From Candidatus Neomarinimicrobium atlanticum (GTDB taxonomy: Bacteria; Fidelibacterota; Marinisomatia; Marinisomatales; Marinisomataceae), in NCBI GenBank assembly GCA_000402815.1, contig AQSA01000002.1, positions 9,062 through 73,061 on the forward strand: 64,000 nucleotides of DNA, given 5' to 3'. Made by a program: the position numbers and the translations under genes. This document shows positions 28,522 to 38,035 of this stretch, one piece after another (positions within the stretch are counted from its first letter, which is position 1; every line of letters starts with the position of its first letter). Below the pieces are notes generated by a model. That model worked only from the letters and a program-made list of their open reading frames with translations. It was not told the origin of the DNA and did not search any database.

Positions 28522-30432
28522 TTATTTATTGATTTTTTTTGAGAGTTTTTTACCAGCGACTAACAATTTAATATCTGCTTCATCGATTGTTTCATGTTCT
28601 AATAACTGATCTGCCATTAAATGCAATAAGTCTATATGATCTGTTAAAATCTTATGTGAAGTTTTTTGTGCATCTTTAATAATAGTAACCACCTCATGGT
28701 CAATTTGCTGAGCAGTCTGTTCACTGTAGTCTCTATGAGATTGAATTTCTCTTCCTAGGAAGATTTCTTCATTCTTTTTACCAAACGACATTGGGCCCAT
28801 AGCCTCACTCATACCCCACTCACACACCATTTTTCTTGCAATACTAGTTGCTCTTTCGATATCGTTTGAAGCGCCAGTGGTAATTTCATTAAATATAATT
28901 TCCTCAGCAGATCTTCCACCCATCATTACAGCCAATCTGCTCAAAATATATGTCTTTGAATATCCATGCTTTTCATCTATCGGCAATTGCATCGTGACTC
29001 CAAGAGCTCTTCCTCTAGGAATAATAGTAACTTTATGAACAGGATCTGCTTCAGGAGAAAAAATAGCTACAACAGCATGTCCAGCTTCGTGATAAGCTGT
29101 GACTTTCTTTTCTTCATCAGACAAAACCATACTTTTTCTTTGAACGCCCATTAAAACTTTATCTTTTGCTTCTTCAAAATCATTATTATCTACAGTTGCT
29201 TTTCTTTTTCTAGATGCTAAAAGCGCCGCTTCATTAACTAGATTTGCTAGATCAGCACCAACCATACCTGGAGTACCTTTTGCAATATCACGGAGCTTAA
29301 CAGATTTTTTATTAATCTTTATTTTTTTCGTATGTATTTTTAAAATATCATACCTGCCTTGTAAGTCAGGTACATCAACAACTACTTGACGATCGAATCG
29401 ACCTGGTCTTAATAATGCAGAGTCTAATACATCAGGTCTGTTAGTTGCAGCCATAACAATAACGCTGCTACTATTTTCAAAACCATCTAACTCAACTAGT
29501 AATTGATTCAAGGTTTGTTCTCTTTCATCATGACCTCCACCAACTCCTGCTCCTCTTTGTCTACCTACGGCATCTAATTCATCTATAAAAATAATTGCAG
29601 GAGAATTTTTATTAGCTTGCTCGAATAAGTCACGCACCCTTGAAGCACCAACACCTACAAACATTTCAACAAAATCAGCTCCACTTATACTGAAAAATGG
29701 AACACTAGATTCACCTGCTACAGCTCTAGCTAATAAAGTTTTTCCAGTACCAGGAGGGCCAACCAAAAGTACACCCCGAGGTATTTTTCCGCCTAATTTT
29801 TCAAATTTCTTTGGACTTTTTAGGTAAGCAATAACTTCCTCTAGTTCTTCTTTTGCTTCTATACATCCAGCAACATCACCAAATTTTACTTTCTTTTGCT
29901 TTGAAGAAAACATTTTTGCTTTACTTTTCCCAAAACTAAAGACATTATTCATTCCATTATTTGATCCCTGCATTCTTCTTATCATAAAAATCCAAAAACC
30001 GATCAATAATAACCAAGGAGCAAAACCAAGCAACCAACTGGTCCAATCAATCTTCTCTCCTTCGAAATTGTATTCAATCTTCTTTTCGTCCCAAATTTTA
30101 ATTTGTTCAGTATAATCTGCTGGAAGATAAACAACAAAAAGTGTTCTCTCTGTGAACTCTGCTCCATTTTTATTTATTAATGTTGCGGGCGTAGAAAGCT
30201 CTCCATGAAAAGAATTATCGTTCTCGATTGAAGCTTCTTTTATTTGACCCTCCGAAAGCAGTCTTTTATAAGTATTGTAGGATATTTCTACTTCATTTGC
30301 TGATTCATTTGGTAATAATGACAGAGATAGCATAACGAAGAATAAAACTGCAAGCCATACAAAAGAGCTTGAGTTTTTAACTTTAGATTTTCGCTTTAAT
30401 TGTTTTTTTGGTTTTTTTGTTGGTTTTTTCAT
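28522..30432 (-). CDS. ftsH: ATP-dependent zinc metalloprotease FtsH
   Basis: [17 protein letters not shown], the SRH region [20 protein letters not shown], and zinc site HEAGHAV. Confidence 0.95.
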   Translation of the reverse strand: MKKPTKKPKKQLKRKSKVKNSSSFVWLAVLFFVMLSLSLLPNESANEVEISYNTYKRLLSEGQIKEASIENDNSFHGELSTPATLINKNGAEFTERTLFVVYLPADYTEQIKIWDEKKIEYNFEGEKIDWTSWLLGFAPWLLLIGFWIFMIRRMQGSNNGMNNVFSFGKSKAKMFSSKQKKVKFGDVAGCIEAKEELEEVIAYLKSPKKFEKLGGKIPRGVLLVGPPGTGKTLLARAVAGESSVPFFSISGADFVEMFVGVGASRVRDLFEQANKNSPAIIFIDELDAVGRQRGAGVGGGHDEREQTLNQLLVELDGFENSSSVIVMAATNRPDVLDSALLRPGRFDRQVVVDVPDLQGRYDILKIHTKKIKINKKSVKLRDIAKGTPGMVGADLANLVNEAALLASRKRKATVDNNDFEEAKDKVLMGVQRKSMVLSDEEKKVTAYHEAGHAVVAIFSPEADPVHKVTIIPRGRALGVTMQLPIDEKHGYSKTYILSRLAVMMGGRSAEEIIFNEITTGASNDIERATSIARKMVCEWGMSEAMGPMSFGKKNEEIFLGREIQSHRDYSEQTAQQIDHEVVTIIKDAQKTSHKILTDHIDLLHLMADQLLEHETIDEADIKLLVAGKKLSKKINK

Positions 30433-30469
30433 TTGGAAGTGAATTTAGTAAAAATGGTTATTAAAAAAA

Positions 30470-31801
30470 CTATTTCCTTAAGAAATTTAGTTTTGCAATC
30501 AATTTACTTTTCTTAGTCAGCTTATAATTATTACTAATCTGCTTTCCTGCCAACCATACAATATCTTTTTCATTGCAAACTACAAGCGTCTTATCTTTAT
30601 CAATAGAAGATACTTTTTGGTCTGTCAAATATTGATTAACCTTCTTTGTACCCGATAAGCCTAATGGGCTAAAAGTATCATCATTATCTAAATTCCGAAT
30701 AATCAACTTATTATTGAAATGTTCTGCATCTACATACTCAAAGCTAGGATCTTTTAAAAATATTTTTGGTCTTTTGTCGTAGTTCCAATGAAATAAAAAA
30801 TCATTATTTTCAATTATCTCACCTGGTTTTACCTCACGATATACTGGAATAATATCTAAATTTTCTGTTAATAAAATACAATCTCTGTCAATTAAGATTT
30901 TAGTTTTATTGATTATCTTTTCACTACCAACAACTTCCTTGTTTAGAAACGCGCTTAATTCTGCTAATAAATTTTTAGAAAAATAAAATTCAGAATCTTT
31001 CGATAAGATTCTTTTTATGACATTTATTTTTAGCAAAAATGGTAAAGTCAAAAATCTTCCTTTATTAATATAATAAATATTTTGAGAAAATCTCATATCA
31101 TCAGATTTGATAAACTTATCAGTAGTAAAACTCAATAATTCTTCCATATCTTTAGTTTTTTTCTGAAAATCTTCGAAAGGTTTATGAAGATTTGGCTTAA
31201 TATGTTCTAACACTGGAATAACCTTTCTTCTAAGAAAATTACGAGTTAATGTGATATCTTCATTTGTTGGATCTGAAATGAAAGCTACTTTATTTTTTTT
31301 AGCATATTGTATAATTTCATTTTTTTTAATATTAAGCATTGGTCTAAAAATATTATTATTTAATGAGCGAATACCTATCATAGAGCTAAAACTTGAAGCA
31401 TTTAAAATTTTCATTAAAATAGTTTCAATCTGATCATCGCTATGATGAGCTGTAACAATGTAATCAGCATTAACTTCCTTACAAATTTTTGCAAGTTCAG
31501 AGTATCGTTTATCTCGAAATTGCGCCTCTATATTACTTTTTATTTTAGATGAATCAATAGAGGACTCAATATAAGATATATTGTTATTTGAACAATAATT
31601 TGATACTAGCTTACCCATTTTTTTACTCTTAGAATGACTATTATGATTTATATAGCAAGCTGTAACACTTGCTAAGCTAGGATTATTATAGAAAAAGTCT
31701 AACATTACCATAGAATCTATACCACCAGAAACTGCTAAAAGAAAATGTTGTTTTTTTTGAGTATCTAAACTTTTTAAATTTTCAATAATTCTATTTTTCA
31801 T
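30470..31801 (-). CDS. tilS: tRNA(Ile)-lysidine synthase
   Basis: PP-loop VSGGIDSMV and TAHHSDDQIETILM. 443 aa. Confidence 0.85.
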   Translation of the reverse strand: MKNRIIENLKSLDTQKKQHFLLAVSGGIDSMVMLDFFYNNPSLASVTACYINHNSHSKSKKMGKLVSNYCSNNNISYIESSIDSSKIKSNIEAQFRDKRYSELAKICKEVNADYIVTAHHSDDQIETILMKILNASSFSSMIGIRSLNNNIFRPMLNIKKNEIIQYAKKNKVAFISDPTNEDITLTRNFLRRKVIPVLEHIKPNLHKPFEDFQKKTKDMEELLSFTTDKFIKSDDMRFSQNIYYINKGRFLTLPFLLKINVIKRILSKDSEFYFSKNLLAELSAFLNKEVVGSEKIINKTKILIDRDCILLTENLDIIPVYREVKPGEIIENNDFLFHWNYDKRPKIFLKDPSFEYVDAEHFNNKLIIRNLDNDDTFSPLGLSGTKKVNQYLTDQKVSSIDKDKTLVVCNEKDIVWLAGKQISNNYKLTKKSKLIAKLNFLRK

Positions 31802-32423
31802 ATTTCATTAAGTATGGATTAGTCTTCAACTCTTCATATAGAGTTGTTTCTTCTCCATGTCCAGTTAATAAGGTTTGATCACTTGTAAAAGAATTTACAA
31901 AGAATTTCAGTGATGTTGCCATATCTCTTGGACTACTCAAAGGAAGATCTGTTCTTCCAATAGATCCTTTAAATATTAGATCTCCACAAAATACTAAGTT
32001 ATCTATAATAAAACTTATGCATCCAGGAGAATGTCCTGGATTAAAAATAATTGAAAAAGAAAAATCTCCTACTACCAATTGTTTATCGTCACAATTAATC
32101 CAATGAGAAACAGTAGGTTTTCTTGCTTCTACGCCCCAATACCCTGCTGCTCTATGAAAATTCTCTACCACAAGCTCATCCTTATCGCAAACATAGAGTG
32201 GAAGCCTATATTTATCGATTAAATCTGCAGCACCTGCAAGATGATCAAAGTGCGCGTGAGTTGCTAAAATAGCTAAAGGAGATAAATTTTTTGATTGAAT
32301 GAATTCATCAATTAGGTCAAAACCAAAACCTGGGTCTATGATTATACAATCATTGTTTTTATTATATACAATGTATGTATTCTCTTCGAGAAGATTAGTA
32401 ACAATTCTCTGATATTGCACCAT
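31791..32423 (-). CDS. Metallo-beta-lactamase fold hydrolase (glyoxalase II-like)
   Basis: THAHFDHLAG (HxHxDH) and a later GHSPG. 210 aa. Confidence 0.75.
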   Translation of the reverse strand: MVQYQRIVTNLLEENTYIVYNKNNDCIIIDPGFGFDLIDEFIQSKNLSPLAILATHAHFDHLAGAADLIDKYRLPLYVCDKDELVVENFHRAAGYWGVEARKPTVSHWINCDDKQLVVGDFSFSIIFNPGHSPGCISFIIDNLVFCGDLIFKGSIGRTDLPLSSPRDMATSLKFFVNSFTSDQTLLTGHGEETTLYEELKTNPYLMKYEK

Positions 32424-33496
32424 TACACTCTTTGAAAAAAGAATGGACTTAAAGAATTAATTTTATCTTGATATGAATGTGGATTTAAAAACTTAACTGT
32501 TGCTGCGATACTTGATAAAATTGAGTTTCCATCCTGGGGAGTAAAACAAAAGCCAGATACTTCATGTTCATTTTTAATATTAATAGAATCCTCAACTATA
32601 ACTGTTTGATTTAAAATTCTTCCATATGTACCTTGATCTCTTCCAAAAGAAAACACTGCATTCGATGATCTATGCTCAGTTAATGCAATTTTATCATTGC
32701 GCTCTAATAAATCTATTACTTTTTCTTTAGAAGTAGGCTCTTTTAGCTTCAAATTGAACCATACTGTGTGCATATACTGTGTATTTATTTTTAAAGCAGA
32801 AGAGAATAGATTTAAATCGAGATTCATTGTATTGAATAGTCCGGCGGCATCTTCAGCATGATGTGTTCCATAGATCTCATGAGCATGGCTATTGACTGTT
32901 GGAGCTGGAACATAACTACTAGTCTGACTTATATCATTACTTCTACGAATACATACAAATTTCCCATCAATAAGATTATCCGGTGAAATACTCAAGGCAA
33001 TAGTGTTAACTAGGCATGCAATATTGTGCGTATTACAAGATACAACTTGTAAAAATTGATCATCAGAATTTATAACGTGGTCATTAATGCCTCTTGCATA
33101 TTTTTTTCCAAATCCATTTTCACTACCTTGAGCTAAAAACCCTTTTACCTTGTCAGTATATTTATTATAAAAATCTTTTTTGTTTTGTAGACCTGATCCA
33201 CCTGGCGTACAATCAATAACAACAGATGCTCTAGCAATAGCTTCTTCCATCGTAAACTCTGCTTCTAAACCAATTGCTTTAAAGGCATCTATCCTATCTT
33301 CCAAAACAGATAGTCTTGCACCTTTTTGAATTAAATTATCAATTTTAGGCTTATCTAATGTGCGTGGAGAGTGTTTATGAAATGTAACTTCATCAATCCC
33401 TAAATTACTTTTTTGTTCACATAATATTCCAATTAGTGGCTCACCAATTGTTCCAGTACCAACGATATGTACGATTTTTCTTTCCATGCTACTCAT
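32423..33496 (-). CDS. Archaeal-type (class II) glyceraldehyde-3-phosphate dehydrogenase homologue
   Basis: Rossmann VGTGTIGE. VVIDCTPGGSG, QVVSCNTHNI (catalytic Cys context SCNT), VCIRRSNDI, GTHHAEDA and YMHTVWFNLKL run parallel to the archaeal GAPDH motifs IDCTPEGIG, VVSCNTTGL, VRRGADP, HHGPDV and LMHQH as I recall them. Confidence 0.55.
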   Translation of the reverse strand: MSSMERKIVHIVGTGTIGEPLIGILCEQKSNLGIDEVTFHKHSPRTLDKPKIDNLIQKGARLSVLEDRIDAFKAIGLEAEFTMEEAIARASVVIDCTPGGSGLQNKKDFYNKYTDKVKGFLAQGSENGFGKKYARGINDHVINSDDQFLQVVSCNTHNIACLVNTIALSISPDNLIDGKFVCIRRSNDISQTSSYVPAPTVNSHAHEIYGTHHAEDAAGLFNTMNLDLNLFSSALKINTQYMHTVWFNLKLKEPTSKEKVIDLLERNDKIALTEHRSSNAVFSFGRDQGTYGRILNQTVIVEDSINIKNEHEVSGFCFTPQDGNSILSSIAATVKFLNPHSYQDKINSLSPFFFQRV

Positions 33497-33564
33497 TTCC
33501 CCCTTAGGATAATTAAAATGTCAACCAAAAAATATAGTGAATAATGATATTAAAAAACGCTTAT

Positions 33565-33666
33565 TTATAAGTTTCTTAATTTCTTAATATTTAATACAAA
33601 CCATACTAATAAAACTATAAATACAGCTAGAAATGCTGCAAGAAAATATTCTAAATAATTATACAT
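33565..33666 (-). CDS. ccmD: Heme exporter protein D (CcmD-like), 33 aa, absent from ORF track
   Basis: Own translation: MYNYLEYFLAAFLAVFIVLLVWFVLNIKKLRNL. Single TM plus basic tail. The ATG (33664-33666) overlaps the ccmC stop by 8 nt. This is the canonical position after ccmC. Confidence 0.55.
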   Translation of the reverse strand: MYNYLEYFLAAFLAVFIVLLVWFVLNIKKLRNL

Positions 33667-34306
33667 AATTTTTCTCTATATCTTGCAAATATAAAACTTT
33701 CAGCTTTAAAAATAACATGGCGAACATCAGATTAGTAAAAGCAAGCAAAGAGAATAAAAACGGTCTCAATATACCCGATGGCTGCTTATTCATCTCTACT
33801 TGTGGGTGAGATTGAATTTCAGCTGCCCAAAACTCTACTGATAAAAATATAATGGGGATATCTAAAAAGGCAATTATTCCTACTATTGCAGAAATTAAAG
33901 CTACTCTCTGTCTATAAATTCCAATATTTCTCAAAATAAAATAGCCTGCATAGATAATAAATAAAACTAAGGTAGTGATAAGTCTTGGTTCCCAAATCCA
34001 TGGTTTTCCCCAAATAGGAGTTGCCCAGATAGGACCTGTAACAAGCACTAATCCTGTAAATATTGTACCAATTTCTGCTGCCGCATGTCCAACCCTGTCA
34101 TACTTAAGATCTTTAGAAAAAAGATATCCTACTCCTGCCAGCATAACAAAAAAATAAGATAAAAAACCAGACCAAGCCAAAGGAACATGAAGATAAAATA
34201 TTTTTTGCGCCCATTCTTGATCAGGCACCATTGGAGTTAAAAATGTAATTGACACAATATTGCATCCCATTACAATCATTGCTAGTATAAATAAAGATAA
34301 ATTCAT
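33659..34306 (-). CDS. ccmC: Heme exporter protein C
   Basis: Trp-rich heme-handling motif WGKPWIWEPR (WGxxWxWDxR type). 215-aa polytopic protein. Confidence 0.85.
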   Translation of the reverse strand: MNLSLFILAMIVMGCNIVSITFLTPMVPDQEWAQKIFYLHVPLAWSGFLSYFFVMLAGVGYLFSKDLKYDRVGHAAAEIGTIFTGLVLVTGPIWATPIWGKPWIWEPRLITTLVLFIIYAGYFILRNIGIYRQRVALISAIVGIIAFLDIPIIFLSVEFWAAEIQSHPQVEMNKQPSGILRPFLFSLLAFTNLMFAMLFLKLKVLYLQDIEKNYV

Positions 34307-34968
34307 TAGTATTTAATTAGCCTTTCAAAAAAATTAACTCCTAAAACTGTTGTCATAATCGCAAAAGTTAATAATAAAAGTATTGATTCTATATAGAAAG
34401 ATATCTCTAGCCCTAGACATAAAGCAATGAAGATATTTGAAGAATGAATTAAAAGAGGAACAATCATAGGAAACAAAATAAGGGGAAATAAAAAACTTCT
34501 AGTACTGTTTAATGAAGTCATTAAATATATCAGCATTCCTAATCCAATGAGTCCAATATTAGATAATAAACAAAGCGCTAGAATCTGAAAAATTATATCT
34601 ACTTTTATTGAAGTAGATATTAAGCTATAAATCATAAAAATAAGCAACTGTACACCAAGTAAGATTAAAGAAAAAGTGATTAGTTTTGCCAAAAATAATA
34701 GGTAATTGTCTGCGGGAGATGTATAAATTATGTCATATACCCCCTCTTCTTTTTCGCGTATAAATGAATTCTCAATCAATTTAATAGATGATAAAGCAAT
34801 AATAATCCAAAAAAATCCAGATAAGATAATAATTTCATTTAATTCAGATGGAGGAAATGAAAAAACAGAAAGCATTAAGCATGACAGAGAGAAGAATGTT
34901 ATATAAAATAAATTATTAGATGATTTCATCTCTAAAAGAAATTCATTTTTAATTAAACTAATTATCAT
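34306..34968 (-). CDS. ccmB: Heme exporter protein B (ABC permease)
   Basis: 220-aa six-TM-like protein between ccmA and ccmC, with overlapping junctions. The assignment rests largely on context. Confidence 0.65.
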   Translation of the reverse strand: MIISLIKNEFLLEMKSSNNLFYITFFSLSCLMLSVFSFPPSELNEIIILSGFFWIIIALSSIKLIENSFIREKEEGVYDIIYTSPADNYLLFLAKLITFSLILLGVQLLIFMIYSLISTSIKVDIIFQILALCLLSNIGLIGLGMLIYLMTSLNSTRSFLFPLILFPMIVPLLIHSSNIFIALCLGLEISFYIESILLLLTFAIMTTVLGVNFFERLIKY

Positions 34969-35564
34969 AACGCAATATTTCCATTTTCTAATTTTATAGA
35001 TTCATCGCAAATATCTGATATATGCTTAAAATTATGTGTTGAAAAAATAATAGTTTTGTTTTTTGATTTTAAATTTAAAAAAAGATTTTTGAAGATATTT
35101 TGAGCACTATCATCTAAGTTTGTAAAAGGTTCATCGATCAACAGATATTCCCATGGCAAGTTTAATGCGATAAGTAGTTTATTTCTCTGAAGATTTCCTT
35201 TAGATAAATACTTTAATGGCAAATTTTCAAATTCTTTTAACTCCAACAAAACCAAATACTTTTCATAACTTTGTTTGCTAAAATCTTGATTATATAAACG
35301 TAAAATACATTTGAGATTATTTAATATAGTTAAATCACTAAAAATATTTGCTTTATCGTTTAGAAATAAAAAGTTAGACCCATTATAATTAATATCACCA
35401 GAATCAGTATTCATAATACTAGATATACACTTTAAAAAAGTGGTTTTACCTGAACCGTTTCGACCTAACAATGCAACTAGCTTTCCTGAATCAATGGTAC
35501 AAGATATATTGTCTAATACCTTAATATCAGAAAATGACTTACTGAGATTTTTAACTTCTAACAT
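34965..35564 (-). CDS. ccmA: Heme exporter ATP-binding protein
   Basis: Walker A GRNGSGKTT, LSKGNLQR signature, LLIDEPFTNLD. 199 aa. Confidence 0.75.
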   Translation of the reverse strand: MLEVKNLSKSFSDIKVLDNISCTIDSGKLVALLGRNGSGKTTFLKCISSIMNTDSGDINYNGSNFLFLNDKANIFSDLTILNNLKCILRLYNQDFSKQSYEKYLVLLELKEFENLPLKYLSKGNLQRNKLLIALNLPWEYLLIDEPFTNLDDSAQNIFKNLFLNLKSKNKTIIFSTHNFKHISDICDESIKLENGNIAL

Positions 35565-35639
35565 TATTTAATTTTTTTCAATAATGGGTAGAATACAAAT
35601 AGAATAACCATAAAATACAATGCAAAAATAAAAAATTGA

Positions 35640-37622
35640 TTAAACAACTCCATAATCTCTCCTCTTGGATGGCCAAAAAGCAAATAAAGAACCAATCACC
35701 ATTACGATTCCACCAATCCATACCCAATTTACTAAAGGATTAATCATAATTTTAAAATAGCCTTGATTTTTCTCTGCATCATAAGCCGAAAATATTGAAT
35801 ATATATCTTTTCTCATGGTACTATAAATATCAAGTTCGCTATGCGGTTGACGCTTTTCCGGATCTGGATTCCAATAAAAATAAATTCTTTTTTCTGGATA
35901 TAAACTTGTTATTAGATTATTACTTTGATCTATAACATCCATGTCGCTTATAAAAGCATAATGATTATCTCTAGCTTCACTTTTAATGCTATTAAGCTTA
36001 AAAATATAATTGGCAAAATAAATTTCTTCACCAGGAGATAAGTTGAACTCTTTTTCTACTTCAAATGCTCTTCCAATAAATCCTACGAAGAGTAAAGTAA
36101 TTCCAATATGAACAATATATCCTCCATTTTTATGTCTATTATTTAGCATCATACTAGCAAAAGCAGATCCAATAGACTTATCTTTATTTTTTGATTTTTT
36201 ATATGACTTTCTAAACTCATTTGAAATAGATGTTGCTGTAAATGCTATTCCCATACATGTGACTAATGGATATAATTGAAAAGGACCAAAAAATAAAGAA
36301 TATATTATCCCAGATACAAAACTGACAATCATAGGAATTTTGAAATTTGATAATAATTTTGAATTAGAGGTATTTTTCCATGAAAGTAGGGGGCCAATAC
36401 CCATCAAGAATAATAATACTAAACCAATAGGTACATTTAGTTGATTAAAGTAAGTAGCTCCAACATAAATCTTTTCTCCATTCCAAGCTTCTGAAAGAAT
36501 AGGGAATAATGTTCCCCATAATACAATAAAACACATTAGAAGTAGAATTAAATTATTGTATAAAAATCCTCCCTCTCTTGATGAAAAAGAATCAATTTTT
36601 TTATCTGATTTTAATAGATCAAATCTCTTAAAAAACCAATAGACCGTAAATAAAATTAAACTGGTTAAAAAACCTAAAAATAATGGTCCCAAGTTTTCTG
36701 CTGTAAATGAATGGACAGAAGATACTATTCCACTTCTAGTAATAAATGTACCTAAAATAACTAACAGGAAAGTTGATGCTGCTAATAAAATATTCCAAGA
36801 TTTTAACATTCCTCTTTTTTCTTGTATCATAGAAGAATGAATAAATGCGGTAAGTATGAGCCATGGCATTAAAGAAGAATTTTCAACTGGATCCCAAGCC
36901 CAGTATCCACCCCAACCTAACTCGTTATATGCCCAATATCCTCCCAAAATGATACCAGCAGATAAGAAAGTCCATACAATCAATGACCAACGTCTAATGG
37001 ATTGAATCCATTCAAAGGTAAGTGATCGTGATATTAAAGCAGATAGCGCCATTACGAAGAGAATAGTTGTACCAATAAAACCTAAATAAAGTGTAGGTGG
37101 ATGAATGGCCATTGTAACATTTTGTAATAATGGGTTTAAACCATTACCATTTTGTACAATAATATCAGATGATACAGGCTCAAAAGGGTTTGCTACAAAA
37201 TTAGATAGAAGTAAAAAAAATCCGAAAATAAAAGAGAGCATAATATAGGACCAAAATTTCAATTCATACATCTTCCTTAGAGAAACATTAATATAAATTA
37301 AAGAGTATATAGACATAATAAATGTCCAAAAAAGCAATGATCCAGCTTGTCCAGCCCACAAAGCGGTTACCTTAAAAAATAAAGGGGTTTCATAGCTCGT
37401 GTATTGTGAAACGTATTGTAAATTAAAATTACTAATTAGCAACTCATTCAATAAGCAAAGGGTAGCTAAGATAACACAAAAACAAACTGCTATTAAACCT
37501 CTTTCAGATATATCTAAAAAGATTTTATTTTTTTTTATAGAATAATAAAATAGGAAAAAGAAAGTTGATAATATTAATCCACCACTTATACTTAGTGCTA
37601 AACTTCCAATTTGAGATATCAT
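35640..37622 (-). CDS. ccmF: Cytochrome c-type biogenesis protein CcmF (heme lyase component)
   Basis: 660-aa polytopic protein with the WWD motif WGGYWAWDPVEN. Confidence 0.9.
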   Translation of the reverse strand: MISQIGSLALSISGGLILSTFFFLFYYSIKKNKIFLDISERGLIAVCFCVILATLCLLNELLISNFNLQYVSQYTSYETPLFFKVTALWAGQAGSLLFWTFIMSIYSLIYINVSLRKMYELKFWSYIMLSFIFGFFLLLSNFVANPFEPVSSDIIVQNGNGLNPLLQNVTMAIHPPTLYLGFIGTTILFVMALSALISRSLTFEWIQSIRRWSLIVWTFLSAGIILGGYWAYNELGWGGYWAWDPVENSSLMPWLILTAFIHSSMIQEKRGMLKSWNILLAASTFLLVILGTFITRSGIVSSVHSFTAENLGPLFLGFLTSLILFTVYWFFKRFDLLKSDKKIDSFSSREGGFLYNNLILLLMCFIVLWGTLFPILSEAWNGEKIYVGATYFNQLNVPIGLVLLFLMGIGPLLSWKNTSNSKLLSNFKIPMIVSFVSGIIYSLFFGPFQLYPLVTCMGIAFTATSISNEFRKSYKKSKNKDKSIGSAFASMMLNNRHKNGGYIVHIGITLLFVGFIGRAFEVEKEFNLSPGEEIYFANYIFKLNSIKSEARDNHYAFISDMDVIDQSNNLITSLYPEKRIYFYWNPDPEKRQPHSELDIYSTMRKDIYSIFSAYDAEKNQGYFKIMINPLVNWVWIGGIVMVIGSLFAFWPSKRRDYGVV

Positions 37623-38032
37623 TATATCTTTTCTATATTTTTTAAATCGCCTTCATATCTTGAAGCGCATTTAGTTTGAAGTTCGGTAGCAACAATTAAA
37701 TTATCATTAAAAGAGCCAGCAACTACTACTTCTGCATCATCTTTAAATAAATCTGGCCTAATTCCATAATAATAAACTTTTAAACTGTCATTCCCCTGAT
37801 AAACATAAAAGGATACCTCTAATTGATCTTCAGCATTGATACTAATAGAATTAGGCTTAATTAAACCACCAACCTTAACCCTGGTCGACAAAGAAGATTC
37901 TTTTGATACAAGTTCTTCAATTGTATAGTAACGAATAGTTAAACTATTATCTTGCTTTACATTAGTAAGATATATTGTCCAAATAACAATTAATGCAAAA
38001 ACTAAAATCAGTGATGTGTAAATTCTATTCAT
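37622..38032 (-). CDS. ccmE: Heme chaperone CcmE, CxxxY variant
   Basis: N-terminal anchor and OB-fold region (RVKVGGLI, GIRPDLFKDDAEVVVAG). The heme-attachment position reads KCASRY where E. coli has KHDENY. Confidence 0.8.
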   Translation of the reverse strand: MNRIYTSLILVFALIVIWTIYLTNVKQDNSLTIRYYTIEELVSKESSLSTRVKVGGLIKPNSISINAEDQLEVSFYVYQGNDSLKVYYYGIRPDLFKDDAEVVVAGSFNDNLIVATELQTKCASRYEGDLKNIEKI

Positions 38033-38035
38033 AAT

